Positions 31,500 to 41,302 of a stretch of 64,000 bases of DNA are shown piece by piece (positions within the stretch are counted from its first letter, which is position 1; each line of letters begins with the position of its first letter). Both the position numbers and the translations under genes were made by a program. The DNA is from Chlorobiota bacterium (lineage in GTDB: Bacteria > Bacteroidota > Ignavibacteria > OLB7): NCBI GenBank assembly GCA_028287785.1, contig JAQBOZ010000017.1, positions 1,901 through 65,900 of the forward strand, in the 5' to 3' direction. The notes beneath the pieces are model-generated. The model was not told where the DNA came from and ran no database searches. It saw nothing but the letters and a program-made list of their open reading frames with translations.

Positions 31500-31930
31500 G
31501 GTTGTATCCATCGCTGCCGTCGTCATATACAGGAGATTTCAACAGCGGTTATCCACTTTTCCCCAACGCGGTTGAACAGTGACCAGGCAAAATCGCGTTC
31601 CACGGCAGTGGTAAATTCAGGTGACCTGAGAGGGCGTAAAACATGAAAATTTCGGGGGTAGTTTCCCACACTGTTTCCCACATATCCATATTTCCACGGT
31701 GAATAGCCGTGGAGGAGATGTGTGTATGTGACCGCCATCCGAGCCGCCCCGAAAGCTATCCCCACCCATGTGGGTAACCCCGATGTTATCCACACTTTAT
31801 CAACAGCCAGTCTCGCCATAAAACCCGTTTCCCGTGCGGATAAATCGGCATTTTTGGCCCTGTTCCACCGTGTTGTCCACTTTTCCCCTCCTTCATACCC
31901 ATCAATAAACTTTATATAATATTATTGAGA
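31500..31930. other. Putative replication origin oriC
   Basis: Perfect DnaA box TTATCCACA at 31786..31794. Near-matches: TTATCCACT 31549, TTTCCCACA 31662 and 31674, TGTGGGTAA 31769, TTATCAACA 31797, TGCGGATAA 31835, TTGTCCACT 31873. AT-rich tract at ~31904-31926; parS sites and mnmE/mnmG nearby. Confidence 0.8.
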
Positions 31931-32043
31931 GAGAATAGAGAAGGGAATGAAAGGAGCAAGGATGGTCCGTGAAACGTCGCCGTTCAGATCTTCCATCCTG
32001 TCATAATCAACTGACGGTGCGAGCCATTCCTCCCGCGCCATCC

Positions 32044-32135
32044 TGACACTCTGTCATAACGAATTTCAGGCCAATATCGACATGCCTCGATTTTCATCGG
32101 AAATCCGCGATCTTTTCCTATGGCATATTCATTGA
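32044..32135 (+). promoter_or_regulatory. Candidate sigma54-type promoter and upstream palindrome for hsp20-dnaK
   Basis: TGGCAT-N5-TTGA at 32121..32135 (-24/-12-like); TGACA-ctc-TGTCA at 32044..32056. Confidence 0.55.
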
Positions 32136-32167
32136 GCCGGGAGACTGGTTAACAAGGAGTATTCATT

Positions 32168-32635
32168 ATGAGCAATTCTGATTTTGACTGGATGCGGGAG
32201 ATTCAAGGATTCTCCAATCGTTTACGGGAGTACTTTGAAGATCTTGAAGATCCAAAGCCTGCGCCGAAGACTTCAAGTTCTTCCTCACCCTGCGCTCCAT
32301 CGGCCGGATATCCTTCAACCGATGTTTATATGGATGGAGAGAACCTGATCATCGAGATGGAGCTTCCGGGACGTGTCAGGAGCGATATTGCAATTTCCCT
32401 GGTGGGGGACGCCATAGAGGTTTCGGGGAATGGGAAACCGTACAAGGATGGCGCTGAGATCAAGGTATTGGTGAAGGAGCGGACGAACAGATCGTTCAAG
32501 CGCCAGATTCAGATCCCGCACGGAATCGATTTTGACGGCGGCCGTGTAGCCGCCACGCTTCAGGAGGGCATTCTGCGAATCATACTTCCCGCGCGTTCCG
32601 CTGCCGACGATCACATCTCGATTACGATCGAGTAA
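32168..32635 (+). CDS. Hsp20/alpha-crystallin family small heat-shock protein
   Basis: P.TDVY..IEMELPG, ER...SFKRQIQIP, ATLQEGILRIILP; AAGGAG RBS. Confidence 0.9.
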   Translation: MSNSDFDWMREIQGFSNRLREYFEDLEDPKPAPKTSSSSSPCAPSAGYPSTDVYMDGENLIIEMELPGRVRSDIAISLVGDAIEVSGNGKPYKDGAEIKVLVKERTNRSFKRQIQIPHGIDFDGGRVAATLQEGILRIILPARSAADDHISITIE

Positions 32636-32702
32636 TCGTCCACACATCTTCGAGCATATCTGAATAACGTATACACTATCTAATTTCAAGGAGTACTGCA
32701 TT

Positions 32703-34589
32703 ATGGGCAAGATCATCGGTATTGATCTTGGAACTACCAACTCGGTTGTGGCGGTGATGGAAGGTGCCACGCCAACCGTTATTCCGAACAGCGAAGGCAT
32801 GCGTACCACACCGTCGGTGGTTGCGTTTACCAAATCGGGAGATCGTCTGGTGGGTCAGGCCGCAAAACGTCAGGCCGTGACCAACCCGACCAACACGATC
32901 TTCTCGATCAAGCGCTTCATGGGACGTTCCGAGAGCGAGGTGAAGGAAGAGGAGAAGATGGTTCCGTATACGGTGGTCGCTGGTGAGGGAAACTCCGTTC
33001 GTGTCAAGATTGATGATCGTCTCTATTCGCCGCCTGAGATTTCGGCGATGATTCTTCAGAAGATGCGTCAGACGGCCGAGGATTATCTTGGGCAGAAGGT
33101 GACGGAGGCTGTGATCACGGTTCCCGCATACTTCAATGATTCCCAGCGCCAGGCCACCAAGGATGCCGGCGAAATCGCGGGGCTTACGGTGAAGCGTATC
33201 ATCAACGAGCCTACCGCCGCGGCGCTTGCCTATGGTCTGGACAAGAAGGGGAAGAACGAGAAGATCGCGGTGTACGATCTTGGTGGCGGCACATTCGATA
33301 TCTCCGTGCTGGAGCTTGGCGACGGCGTCTTCGAGGTGAAGTCCACCAATGGTGATACGCACCTCGGTGGTGATAACTTCGATCAGCGTCTTGTCGATTT
33401 CCTTGCCGATGAATTCAAGCGTGCCGAGGGAATCGATCTGCGGAACGATGCTATGGCTCTCCAGCGCCTCAAGGAGGCCTCTGAGAAGGCCAAGATGGAG
33501 CTTTCGCAGATGATGCAGACCGATATCAACCTTCCGTTCATCACGGCGACTCAGGACGGTCCCAAGCACCTTACGCTGACGGTCACGCGGGCGAAGTTCG
33601 AGCAGCTCTGCGAGGATCTCTTCAAACGGACGCTGGAGCCGCTCCATTCGGCCCTGAAGGATGCAGGATTGAGCCCGAACCAGATCGATGAGGTTATCCT
33701 TGTCGGCGGATCGACCCGCATCCCGAAGATTCAGCAGATCGTTCGTGATTTCTTCGGCAAGGAGCCGAACAAGGGAGTCAACCCTGATGAGGTTGTGGCG
33801 ATCGGCGCCGCGATCCAGGGGGCGGTGCTGATGGGCGATGTCCAGGATGTCCTCCTGCTCGACGTTACGCCGCTGACGCTCGGCATCGAGACGCTGGGAG
33901 GCGTGATGACGCCGATGATCCCGTCGAACACCACGATCCCGACGAAGAAGACGGAGATCTTCTCGACGGCGGCCGACAGCCAGCCCTCGGTTGAAATCCA
34001 TATCCTTCAGGGCGAGCGTCCGATGGCGAACGACAACAAGTCGCTCGGCAAGTTCCATCTCGGCGATATCCCGCCGGCGCCGCGCGGCGTTCCACAGATC
34101 GAAGTGACCTTCGATATCGACGCCAATGGTATCCTCAACGTCTCGGCCAAGGATAAGGCGAGCGGCAAGGAACAGTCGATTCAGATCACATCGTCCGGCG
34201 GGCTCTCGCAGACCGAGATCGATCGGATGAAACGTGAGGCGCAGGATAATTCCGCGACCGATCGGAAGCGGAAGGAAGAAGTGGAGCTGCGGAACCAGGC
34301 CGACCAGACTGTCTTCTCGACAAAGAAGCAGTTGACCGATCTTGGCGATAAGATTCCGGCTGAAGGAAAGGCAAAGATCGAGGCGGCTGTTGAGAAGCTG
34401 GAGCAGAGCCTTCGCAATGGCACGATCGACGAGATCAGGACCGCGAAGGATGAGATGGATCGCGTCTGGAGCGAGGTATCGCAGCAGATGTATTCCAATG
34501 CGTCGGCTTCTGAGGGCGCCGCCCCAGGTTCCACGTCCGGTGGTTCGGCTGAAGATGCGGACTACACGATCGTGGAAGACGAGAAGTGA
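32703..34589 (+). CDS. dnaK: Molecular chaperone DnaK
   Basis: [43 protein letters not shown]. Confidence 0.99.
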   Translation: MGKIIGIDLGTTNSVVAVMEGATPTVIPNSEGMRTTPSVVAFTKSGDRLVGQAAKRQAVTNPTNTIFSIKRFMGRSESEVKEEEKMVPYTVVAGEGNSVRVKIDDRLYSPPEISAMILQKMRQTAEDYLGQKVTEAVITVPAYFNDSQRQATKDAGEIAGLTVKRIINEPTAAALAYGLDKKGKNEKIAVYDLGGGTFDISVLELGDGVFEVKSTNGDTHLGGDNFDQRLVDFLADEFKRAEGIDLRNDAMALQRLKEASEKAKMELSQMMQTDINLPFITATQDGPKHLTLTVTRAKFEQLCEDLFKRTLEPLHSALKDAGLSPNQIDEVILVGGSTRIPKIQQIVRDFFGKEPNKGVNPDEVVAIGAAIQGAVLMGDVQDVLLLDVTPLTLGIETLGGVMTPMIPSNTTIPTKKTEIFSTAADSQPSVEIHILQGERPMANDNKSLGKFHLGDIPPAPRGVPQIEVTFDIDANGILNVSAKDKASGKEQSIQITSSGGLSQTEIDRMKREAQDNSATDRKRKEEVELRNQADQTVFSTKKQLTDLGDKIPAEGKAKIEAAVEKLEQSLRNGTIDEIRTAKDEMDRVWSEVSQQMYSNASASEGAAPGSTSGGSAEDADYTIVEDEK

Positions 34590-34637
34590 TCGTGTTCATC
34601 TGAACACTTGTTGGAGCTCTTCAAGGGCTGTTTTCTT

Positions 34638-34681
34638 AAAAAAATGGGTGAACCGATATACCGGTTCACCCATTTCTGTTT
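34638..34681. terminator. Bidirectional terminator between dnaK and the convergent operon
   Basis: AAATGGGTGAACCG/CGGTTCACCCATTT 14-bp stem with A/T flanks. Confidence 0.8.
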
Positions 34682-34710
34682 GCGCGTTGGGCTCTCTGCC
34701 GACGTGAAGC

Positions 34711-35139
34711 CTACTTCTTATCAACTGGTGGCCAGGTCATCTTCCCATTCTGGAATGATTCCAGTCGCCGTTGCGTGCTATCGAACAGCTGGCGCATCTT
34801 GTCGGGATCATCGCCAACGGACTTTATCTTATCGGTCATCTCCTGGACGCTGGCAAAGTCATACCGTTTCAGCACGCTATCGATAGTTCTGGCTGTTGCG
34901 ATGGAATCCCCCGGCGTGAGGCGTTTCGCGATGAGAAAATCCGCGTATGCCGCCGACAGTTTTTTGAGGTTTGCGTCGCTTGGCGTAGAGTGGCATCCGC
35001 CGAGCCCCACCGCTGTCAATGCAAGCAGGGCCAGGTAATAGCGGTTACGAGCCCGCGATTGTCTGCTGGAGGTGAGCGGCGAAATTATCGATCTGCTCTC
35101 TGGTTCCCTTCCCAAAAGTCGAGTGCTGTATGATGCCAT
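34711..35139 (-). CDS. Hypothetical lipoprotein (start uncertain)
   Basis: RNRYYLALLALTAVGLGG|C lipobox followed by a helical soluble domain; last gene of a 3-gene minus-strand run. Confidence 0.6.
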   Translation of the reverse strand: MASYSTRLLGREPESRSIISPLTSSRQSRARNRYYLALLALTAVGLGGCHSTPSDANLKKLSAAYADFLIAKRLTPGDSIATARTIDSVLKRYDFASVQEMTDKIKSVGDDPDKMRQLFDSTQRRLESFQNGKMTWPPVDKK

Positions 35140-35548
35140 CCTTGTTCACGATGATGAGATTTGGATAACCCGCCGTTGTATTCAGCGCCTTGAAGAGCGT
35201 TCCTTCCCAATCGAGCAGGACGGAGTACTTGAACGTATCCTGAAACTTGCCGCGAATCAGCCCCTTCAGAAACCCCGGCACCGATTGAACATCCGCGACC
35301 GGCACAAACCGAACCGGGGATTGTTTGAATTGTGGGACCAGAACATCGGTCCATGCGTTGCTGTATTCGTATCCATCGCGATCGCTCAGGACAAATACCG
35401 TTATCCTTCCACCAAAGTCCCTGGTGCTCCAGGTGCGCTCGAATTGATCCTCGATCGCGAACTCCGGCAGTTTTCCGCCGATAATTGATGGTGTTGCCAG
35501 CGCATATGTTGTCGTGATCAGCAGCAGAAGCGGGAGGATTCGTTTCAT
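35045..35548 (-). CDS. Secreted thioredoxin-like fold protein (redoxin/YtfJ-like, no CxxC)
   Basis: Signal peptide; LPEFAIEDQF..DFGGR..VLLDWEG..IIVNKDGII. Confidence 0.7.
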   Translation of the reverse strand: MKRILPLLLLITTTYALATPSIIGGKLPEFAIEDQFERTWSTRDFGGRITVFVLSDRDGYEYSNAWTDVLVPQFKQSPVRFVPVADVQSVPGFLKGLIRGKFQDTFKYSVLLDWEGTLFKALNTTAGYPNLIIVNKDGIIQHSTFGKGTREQIDNFAAHLQQTIAGS

Positions 35549-35549
35549 A

Positions 35550-35945
35550 TCACTCTGACTTTTTCTCGGTCGGGGAGCGTTTGCGGATAAATAGACGCAG
35601 CGGCTCTTTCCTGTTCTGGTTGGTATAGACATCCACAATGATCGGTTGCAGCGTATCGATGCGCGCGGTTGTGATCGCCACATAGATATCGCCATCATGT
35701 CCCCTGGTTACTGTCCCTCGCTGTAGTGTTGTAAGGATGCAGCCGCAGCTTGGCTGTACCGATTCAATAACCGCGAGACTATCCCCGTCGTTGATCACTT
35801 TCAGATGAAAGCTTTCGTATTTCGCTGTATCTCCAACGAAGTACTCGGTTATATTGAGCCTGAGCGGTGGCAGCCTGGTTTGAATTGCCTGGGGCAAAAG
35901 CGAATTCAACGCCAGGAGGAGTATGGGGAGTATCATGATCTGCAT
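35550..35945 (-). CDS. DUF1573 domain Ig-like protein
   Basis: Signal peptide; NDGDSLAVIESVQPSCGC motif. Confidence 0.75.
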   Translation of the reverse strand: MQIMILPILLLALNSLLPQAIQTRLPPLRLNITEYFVGDTAKYESFHLKVINDGDSLAVIESVQPSCGCILTTLQRGTVTRGHDGDIYVAITTARIDTLQPIIVDVYTNQNRKEPLRLFIRKRSPTEKKSE

Positions 35946-36035
35946 GGTATCGTGGGCCTGTTGTTATCGTCTACGTCGGATCACTCTTGACGATGATTTC
36001 CCTGCGGGGATTAAGTACTCTCGATGTTTCATTCA

Positions 36036-37385
36036 ATGAATTTCCTGCAAGATACGATTGTTGCACGTGCCACGCCTCCGGGGAATGGAGGGGTCGGGAT
36101 TGTGCGATTGAGCGGATCGAACGCGGTCGATCTTGTGGAACGCTTTTTTCGCCCTGCTTCCGGCGGGTCATTGTCGAATCTGCCACCCCGTTACCTGACT
36201 TATGGAATCATAACCGTCAGTGGCGATACTCTGGATCGTTGCATGGCCGTTCGGTTCGAATGTCCCGCCTCGTTTACCGGCGAGGATGTGGTGGAGCTGC
36301 ATCTTCATGGAAACCAATTGATCATCGATCAGGTACTCCGGCTCTCCGTTGCATGTGGGGCTCGCCTTGCCACAGCTGGTGAGTTCAGCCGACGTGCCTT
36401 TATGAATGGGAAGCTGGATCTTGTGCAGGTGGAGGCGCTCGGCGATCTTATAGCCGCCGAATCGGAGCAGGCGTTGTATATCTCTCAACGTCAGTTTCAC
36501 GGCGAATTTCGTCGAAAGCTCAATGCTTTTCGGGGAAACCTCGTGAGCCTTCTTGCCGCTCTCGAGCTTGAACTGGATTTCGTTGAGGATGGCTATCACT
36601 TCGCGTCTGATAATGAACTTCAATCGCTGCTGCGGGATCTTGGGGACTTCTGCGATGGGCTGCTCACATCGTATCATCTGGGGAACCGTCTGCGGAAGGG
36701 ACCGCGGGTGCTGCTCCTGGGAAGGCCGAACGCGGGGAAATCAAGCCTGTTCAATGCGTTACTCGGCTATTCACGTTCGCTTGTAAGTGCTCAGGCCGGG
36801 ACTACCAGGGATTATATCGAGGAATTGATTCATTATCGGGGGATTGCGTTTCACCTTATCGACACTGCTGGTCTGCGTGAAACCCTTGATGCGATCGAGG
36901 CCGAGGGAGTGGGGTATGCAAAGGATCTTATTGCCTTGTCCGATCATGTTCTCTATCTGATCGATTCCTCCGATGCTTTATCGATTGAAAGGGAGCTGAT
37001 TGCTGTTGATGCCTTGCGTCGTGCCCATCCCCAATCACAGATTGTTCCGATCTTGACGAAAGCCGATGTTGTCGATGGAGTTTCGGATTATCTGAACTGT
37101 TCCATTCTGCGCCCCGATTCCGTGACCCCGATACTCGACCTTCTTGCGGATTCGTATACGTCCGCCTTGTCCGATGCCACGGTTCTCCTGAATGAACGTC
37201 AATTCTTCCTTCTTGCGGATATTCAACGACAACTGGCGGCCATTCGTGCTGATGCGATTGTTGGAACCGAGTTTCTTTCGGCCGATCTTCGAGGACTGCT
37301 GGAGCCTCTCTCCCTGTTATCGGGCGCCGTCACCAACGATGATATTCTTACGACCCTGTTTTCATCCTTCTGTATTGGGAAATAG
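36036..37385 (+). CDS. mnmE: tRNA modification GTPase MnmE
   Basis: DTIVARATP, SFTGEDVVE, GRPNAGKSS, GTTRD, DTAGLR, C-terminal FCIGK. Confidence 0.98.
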   Translation: MNFLQDTIVARATPPGNGGVGIVRLSGSNAVDLVERFFRPASGGSLSNLPPRYLTYGIITVSGDTLDRCMAVRFECPASFTGEDVVELHLHGNQLIIDQVLRLSVACGARLATAGEFSRRAFMNGKLDLVQVEALGDLIAAESEQALYISQRQFHGEFRRKLNAFRGNLVSLLAALELELDFVEDGYHFASDNELQSLLRDLGDFCDGLLTSYHLGNRLRKGPRVLLLGRPNAGKSSLFNALLGYSRSLVSAQAGTTRDYIEELIHYRGIAFHLIDTAGLRETLDAIEAEGVGYAKDLIALSDHVLYLIDSSDALSIERELIAVDALRRAHPQSQIVPILTKADVVDGVSDYLNCSILRPDSVTPILDLLADSYTSALSDATVLLNERQFFLLADIQRQLAAIRADAIVGTEFLSADLRGLLEPLSLLSGAVTNDDILTTLFSSFCIGK

Positions 37386-37389
37386 TTCA

Positions 37390-37405
37390 TGTTCCACGTG
37401 AAACA
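37390..37405. promoter_or_regulatory. parS site (consensus)
   Basis: TGTTCCACGTGAAACA directly abutting the mnmG ATG. Confidence 0.92.
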
Positions 37406-39232
37406 ATGGATCGAGTAGAGAACGCAGCCATCATTGTGATCGGCGGCGGGCATGCCGGCATCGAGGCCGCGTCCGCCTCCGCGCGTATGGGCATGCAAAC
37501 TATCCTGATCACTGCCGACCGTCGGGCGATTGGCCGCTTGTCCTGCAATCCAGCGATTGGAGGCATGGCGAAGGGCCAGCTTGTGTGCGAAATCGACGCT
37601 CTTGGCGGAGAGATGGCCCGTATTGCCGATCGATCCGGTATCCAGTTCAAGATGCTTGGCCGATCGAAGGGCCCCGCCATGTGGTCGCCACGCTCGCAGA
37701 ACGATAAGGATCTCTATCCTCAGATAGCACAGGAACGGCTGGCGGAGATAGAGAATCTGATTATCGTCGAGGGGCTTGTCGATGATGTTCTCCTTGAGGA
37801 TGGTGCCGTTGCCGGGGTACTGCTCGCGGACGGATCGACCATTCGGTGCCATTCCGTTATTCTCTGTTCAGGCACATTCCTTTCAGGACGAATGTTCCGC
37901 GGCGAAGAGACAACCGTGGGTGGCAGGGTGGGTGAAGAGTCGGTGGAACATCTGAGCGGGTCGCTTCGGCGCACGGGATTGCAGACTGGACGCCTGAAAA
38001 CCGGCACGCCGCCCCGAATCCATTGTCGTTCCATTGATCTATCTGTCTGTCATGCCGATGGTGGAGATGCAGAGCCGGTGCCGTTTTCGAAGCGTACGTC
38101 GTCAGTGCATAACCAGGTTGACTGTTATATAACGCAGACGACATCCGCCACGCATGATATTCTCCGTTCGGGTCTCGACCGTTCGCCGATGTTCACGGGG
38201 AGGATCACGGGTCGCGGCCCACGCTATTGCCCATCGGTGGAGGACAAGATCTTCCGATTTGCCGATAAGGAAAGCCATCAGGTGTTTCTTGAGCCGGAGG
38301 GGCTTGCAACCGACTCCGTCTATGTCAATGGCTTTTCGACTTCGCTTCCTGAGGAGATACAACTGGCGGCGTTACGAACGATTCCGGGGCTGGAGGGGTG
38401 TGAAATTCTTCGGTATGGTTATGCGGTGGAGTATGATTATTTCCCATCGCATCAGCTTCATCGCTCGCTGGAGAGTAAATTTGTCCGGCGTCTTTTCTTT
38501 GCGGGGCAGGTCAATGGGACTTCGGGGTATGAAGAGGCTGCGGCTCAAGGGCTGATCGCCGGGATCAATGCCGTGCTTGGCCTTCGTGGTGAGGAACCTC
38601 TTGTGCTTGATCGCTCGCAGGGGTATATCGGAGTTCTGATCGATGATCTTGTCAACCTCACGATTGATGAGCCCTACAGGATGTTTACTTCGCGCGCGGA
38701 GTATCGGCTGTTGCTCAGGCGGGATAATGCTGATCTTCGTCTTACCCCAATCGGACATCGGCTTGGCCTTGTGGAACCGGCCGAGTATGAAAGGGTGATG
38801 GCGAAGCAGCAGGGATTTACCAGGGTCGTGGAATTGCTCCAGCGGGAATCGGTGAAGTCGCTTACGGGTGGCGGTTCGGTCAGGGCGTGGCAGTACTTGA
38901 AGCGTCCCGAAGTTTCCATCGACCAGGTGCGGGAGCAGATTGTGGATCAGGAGTTGGTGTCCCTGCTCGCACATGCCGAGGTCGCGGAGCAGGCTGATAT
39001 CATGGCAACATACGAGGGATATATTACGCGCCAGCTGGAGGATATCGAGCGGTTCAGACGGGGAGAGGAGATGATCATTCCCGTGGCACTTGATTACTCC
39101 TCGATACGATCGCTCTCATCCGAGGGGCGGGAAAAACTTTCCATGATACGCCCCGCGTCGTTAGGACAGGCGGCGAGAATTGCGGGTGTGAGTCGCTCGG
39201 ATATCGCGGTGCTTGGCCTCTATCTACGATAA
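37406..39232 (+). CDS. mnmG: tRNA uridine-5-carboxymethylaminomethyl modification enzyme MnmG (GidA)
   Basis: GGGHAG, SCNPAIGG, RLKTGTPPR, GPRYCPS, AGQVNGTSGYEEAAAQG. Confidence 0.99.
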   Translation: MDRVENAAIIVIGGGHAGIEAASASARMGMQTILITADRRAIGRLSCNPAIGGMAKGQLVCEIDALGGEMARIADRSGIQFKMLGRSKGPAMWSPRSQNDKDLYPQIAQERLAEIENLIIVEGLVDDVLLEDGAVAGVLLADGSTIRCHSVILCSGTFLSGRMFRGEETTVGGRVGEESVEHLSGSLRRTGLQTGRLKTGTPPRIHCRSIDLSVCHADGGDAEPVPFSKRTSSVHNQVDCYITQTTSATHDILRSGLDRSPMFTGRITGRGPRYCPSVEDKIFRFADKESHQVFLEPEGLATDSVYVNGFSTSLPEEIQLAALRTIPGLEGCEILRYGYAVEYDYFPSHQLHRSLESKFVRRLFFAGQVNGTSGYEEAAAQGLIAGINAVLGLRGEEPLVLDRSQGYIGVLIDDLVNLTIDEPYRMFTSRAEYRLLLRRDNADLRLTPIGHRLGLVEPAEYERVMAKQQGFTRVVELLQRESVKSLTGGGSVRAWQYLKRPEVSIDQVREQIVDQELVSLLAHAEVAEQADIMATYEGYITRQLEDIERFRRGEEMIIPVALDYSSIRSLSSEGREKLSMIRPASLGQAARIAGVSRSDIAVLGLYLR

Positions 39233-39237
39233 TGCAG

Positions 39238-39253
39238 TGTTCCACGTGGAACA
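39238..39253. promoter_or_regulatory. parS site (perfect palindrome)
   Basis: TGTTCCACGTGGAACA, 5 nt after the mnmG stop. Confidence 0.92.
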
Positions 39254-39365
39254 ATCCTCTCTCATGATCAGGGCCTGGAACGGAGAGCTGTATGCCTGGA
39301 AGAAGTTGGACAGGCGAGCTGGTAGCCTATTCTGTCAAGAGTTTTAAGAGTGTAAGGAATATCAG

Positions 39366-40274
39366 ATGCGGGTGGCAATTGTTGGAGCACAGGGAGCGTT
39401 AGGACGCAAGACCACGGAACTGATCTCGAAGGAGACGGGGTGGGAACTTGTGCAGTTAACCCGCACGACGCTCGACATCGATGGACACCAGTCGGGGTTT
39501 GACAGTAAACATCCCACATCCTGGAAAGCGCTTTTCGAAAGCGAGAGCCTCAAGCCTGATGTGGTCATCAACACTGCCGCGTTTACCAATGTTGATCGTT
39601 GTGAGCGGGAGCGTCACGAAGCCTGGGAAAGCAATGCGCGTCTGGTGGAGATGATAGCCAAACAGTGTAAACGTCACGACCGTCATCTGGTTCAGATATC
39701 AACCGATTATATCTTCGACGGGAAGAACGGGCCATATCTTGAAGGGGCACCTCCGTGCCCGATCAATTACTATGGGAAGACGAAACTGGCCGCGGAAAAT
39801 ATCTGTACCGGAAGCGGGGTCCACCATACGATCATCCGCACGATGTGGCTCTATGGCGATGACGGGGGAACGAAGCCATCATTCGTTTCATGGGTGAATG
39901 GGGCGCTGTCACGCGGCGAAACGATACGGGTGGTTAACGATGAGTATGGCAATCCAACGCTCCTTGAAGACCTGGCATATGGGATTATCAAGGCCGTGGA
40001 ACGGGAATATCTCGGCATTGTCAATATCGCCGGGCCGGAATTGATGTCGCGGTATGAATGGGCCTGCCATGTGGCACGTGTCAACGACCTTGATGCAGCG
40101 GCAATTGAGATGATTACTGATGAAGAACTTCATCGTCCAGCTCGACGACCTCTTCGATCCGGATTGGTCTCTCTGAAGGCACAGGCAGTAATGGGGCTCC
40201 GGCTTACGCCGTTGAATGAGGGATTACAGCGCATACGGATACGAGAAGCCAGAACCGCGGCGGAATCGCATTGA
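39366..40274 (+). CDS. rfbD: dTDP-4-dehydrorhamnose reductase
   Basis: GAQGALG, AAFTNVD, ISTDYIFDG, YGKTK, ARRP. Confidence 0.92.
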   Translation: MRVAIVGAQGALGRKTTELISKETGWELVQLTRTTLDIDGHQSGFDSKHPTSWKALFESESLKPDVVINTAAFTNVDRCERERHEAWESNARLVEMIAKQCKRHDRHLVQISTDYIFDGKNGPYLEGAPPCPINYYGKTKLAAENICTGSGVHHTIIRTMWLYGDDGGTKPSFVSWVNGALSRGETIRVVNDEYGNPTLLEDLAYGIIKAVEREYLGIVNIAGPELMSRYEWACHVARVNDLDAAAIEMITDEELHRPARRPLRSGLVSLKAQAVMGLRLTPLNEGLQRIRIREARTAAESH

Positions 40275-40443
40275 AAGCCCCGGAAGCATGAGGTAACAGC
40301 GGGCAATGGATGAGGATCGTCGGACCATCACATTCTCCGATGTTGGTCGGACCAGAGGATAGCCGGAAGAGAAGGCACCGGGTGACAGCGACTCCCCGGA
40401 TACCAGAGCAGGGTCAGAGAACAGCGCAAGGAACATGGCGTTT

Positions 40444-41217
40444 ATGAAGGTAACGTTTCTTGGCAGTGGCACATCGACCGGCGTTCCCACAGTGGGATGC
40501 ACCTGTGCCATCTGCCGATCATCCGATCCCAGGGACAAGCGGCTCCGCCCATCCGTGTGGGTAGAGTTTCACGACACGAGCATCATCCTCGATACCGCAA
40601 CGGATTTTCGCCAGCAATGTCTCAGAGCCGGTATTGATAAACTTAATGCCGTAATCTATACCCATCATCATTTCGATCACATTGGTGGATTTGATGACCT
40701 TCGGGCGTTCAATTTCAAAATGGGGCGTCCCATTCCCATCTACGGCATGCCGGAAACACTTGACTGCCTCCGGCAGATGTTTGCCTACGCCTTCACCGAT
40801 TCCGCAAACCAGGAGAGCAGCAGACCCCATATCATTGCGCACACAATCCTCGATGATCCTTTTGATGTGGATGGTCATATGATCACTCCATTACGGCTCT
40901 CTCATGGGCGTATGCGGGTCAACGGGTATCGCATTGGCAACTTCGCGTACTGTACCGACTGCAACGCGATCAGCGAGGAGGCGGCCGAACAATTGCAGGG
41001 GATCGATACGCTTGTGCTTGATGCCCTTCGATTCACTCAGCATCCCACGCACTTCACACTGCAGCAGGCAATTGATATGGCGGAACGGCTTGGACCACGT
41101 CGGACCTACTTCACGCATATCGCTCATGAGATAGGACACGCAGAGGTCGATAGCACCCTTCCAGCGTCGATGTCCCTGGCATATGATGGGCTGATCCTGG
41201 ATATTGACGAGGGGTGA
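40444..41217 (+). CDS. MBL-fold metallohydrolase (PhnP/YcfH-adjacent type)
   Basis: FLGSGTSTGVP.VGC.C..C, THHHFDHIGG, AYCTD, THIAH, AYDGL. Confidence 0.92.
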   Translation: MKVTFLGSGTSTGVPTVGCTCAICRSSDPRDKRLRPSVWVEFHDTSIILDTATDFRQQCLRAGIDKLNAVIYTHHHFDHIGGFDDLRAFNFKMGRPIPIYGMPETLDCLRQMFAYAFTDSANQESSRPHIIAHTILDDPFDVDGHMITPLRLSHGRMRVNGYRIGNFAYCTDCNAISEEAAEQLQGIDTLVLDALRFTQHPTHFTLQQAIDMAERLGPRRTYFTHIAHEIGHAEVDSTLPASMSLAYDGLILDIDEG

Positions 41218-41302
41218 GTTCGGGAAGGGGTTGCAATCAGAAGCAAAGATTGCTACATTGCTCATCGATCTCTTGTGATGGTATGATCAATTGTGAGCAG
41301 TA

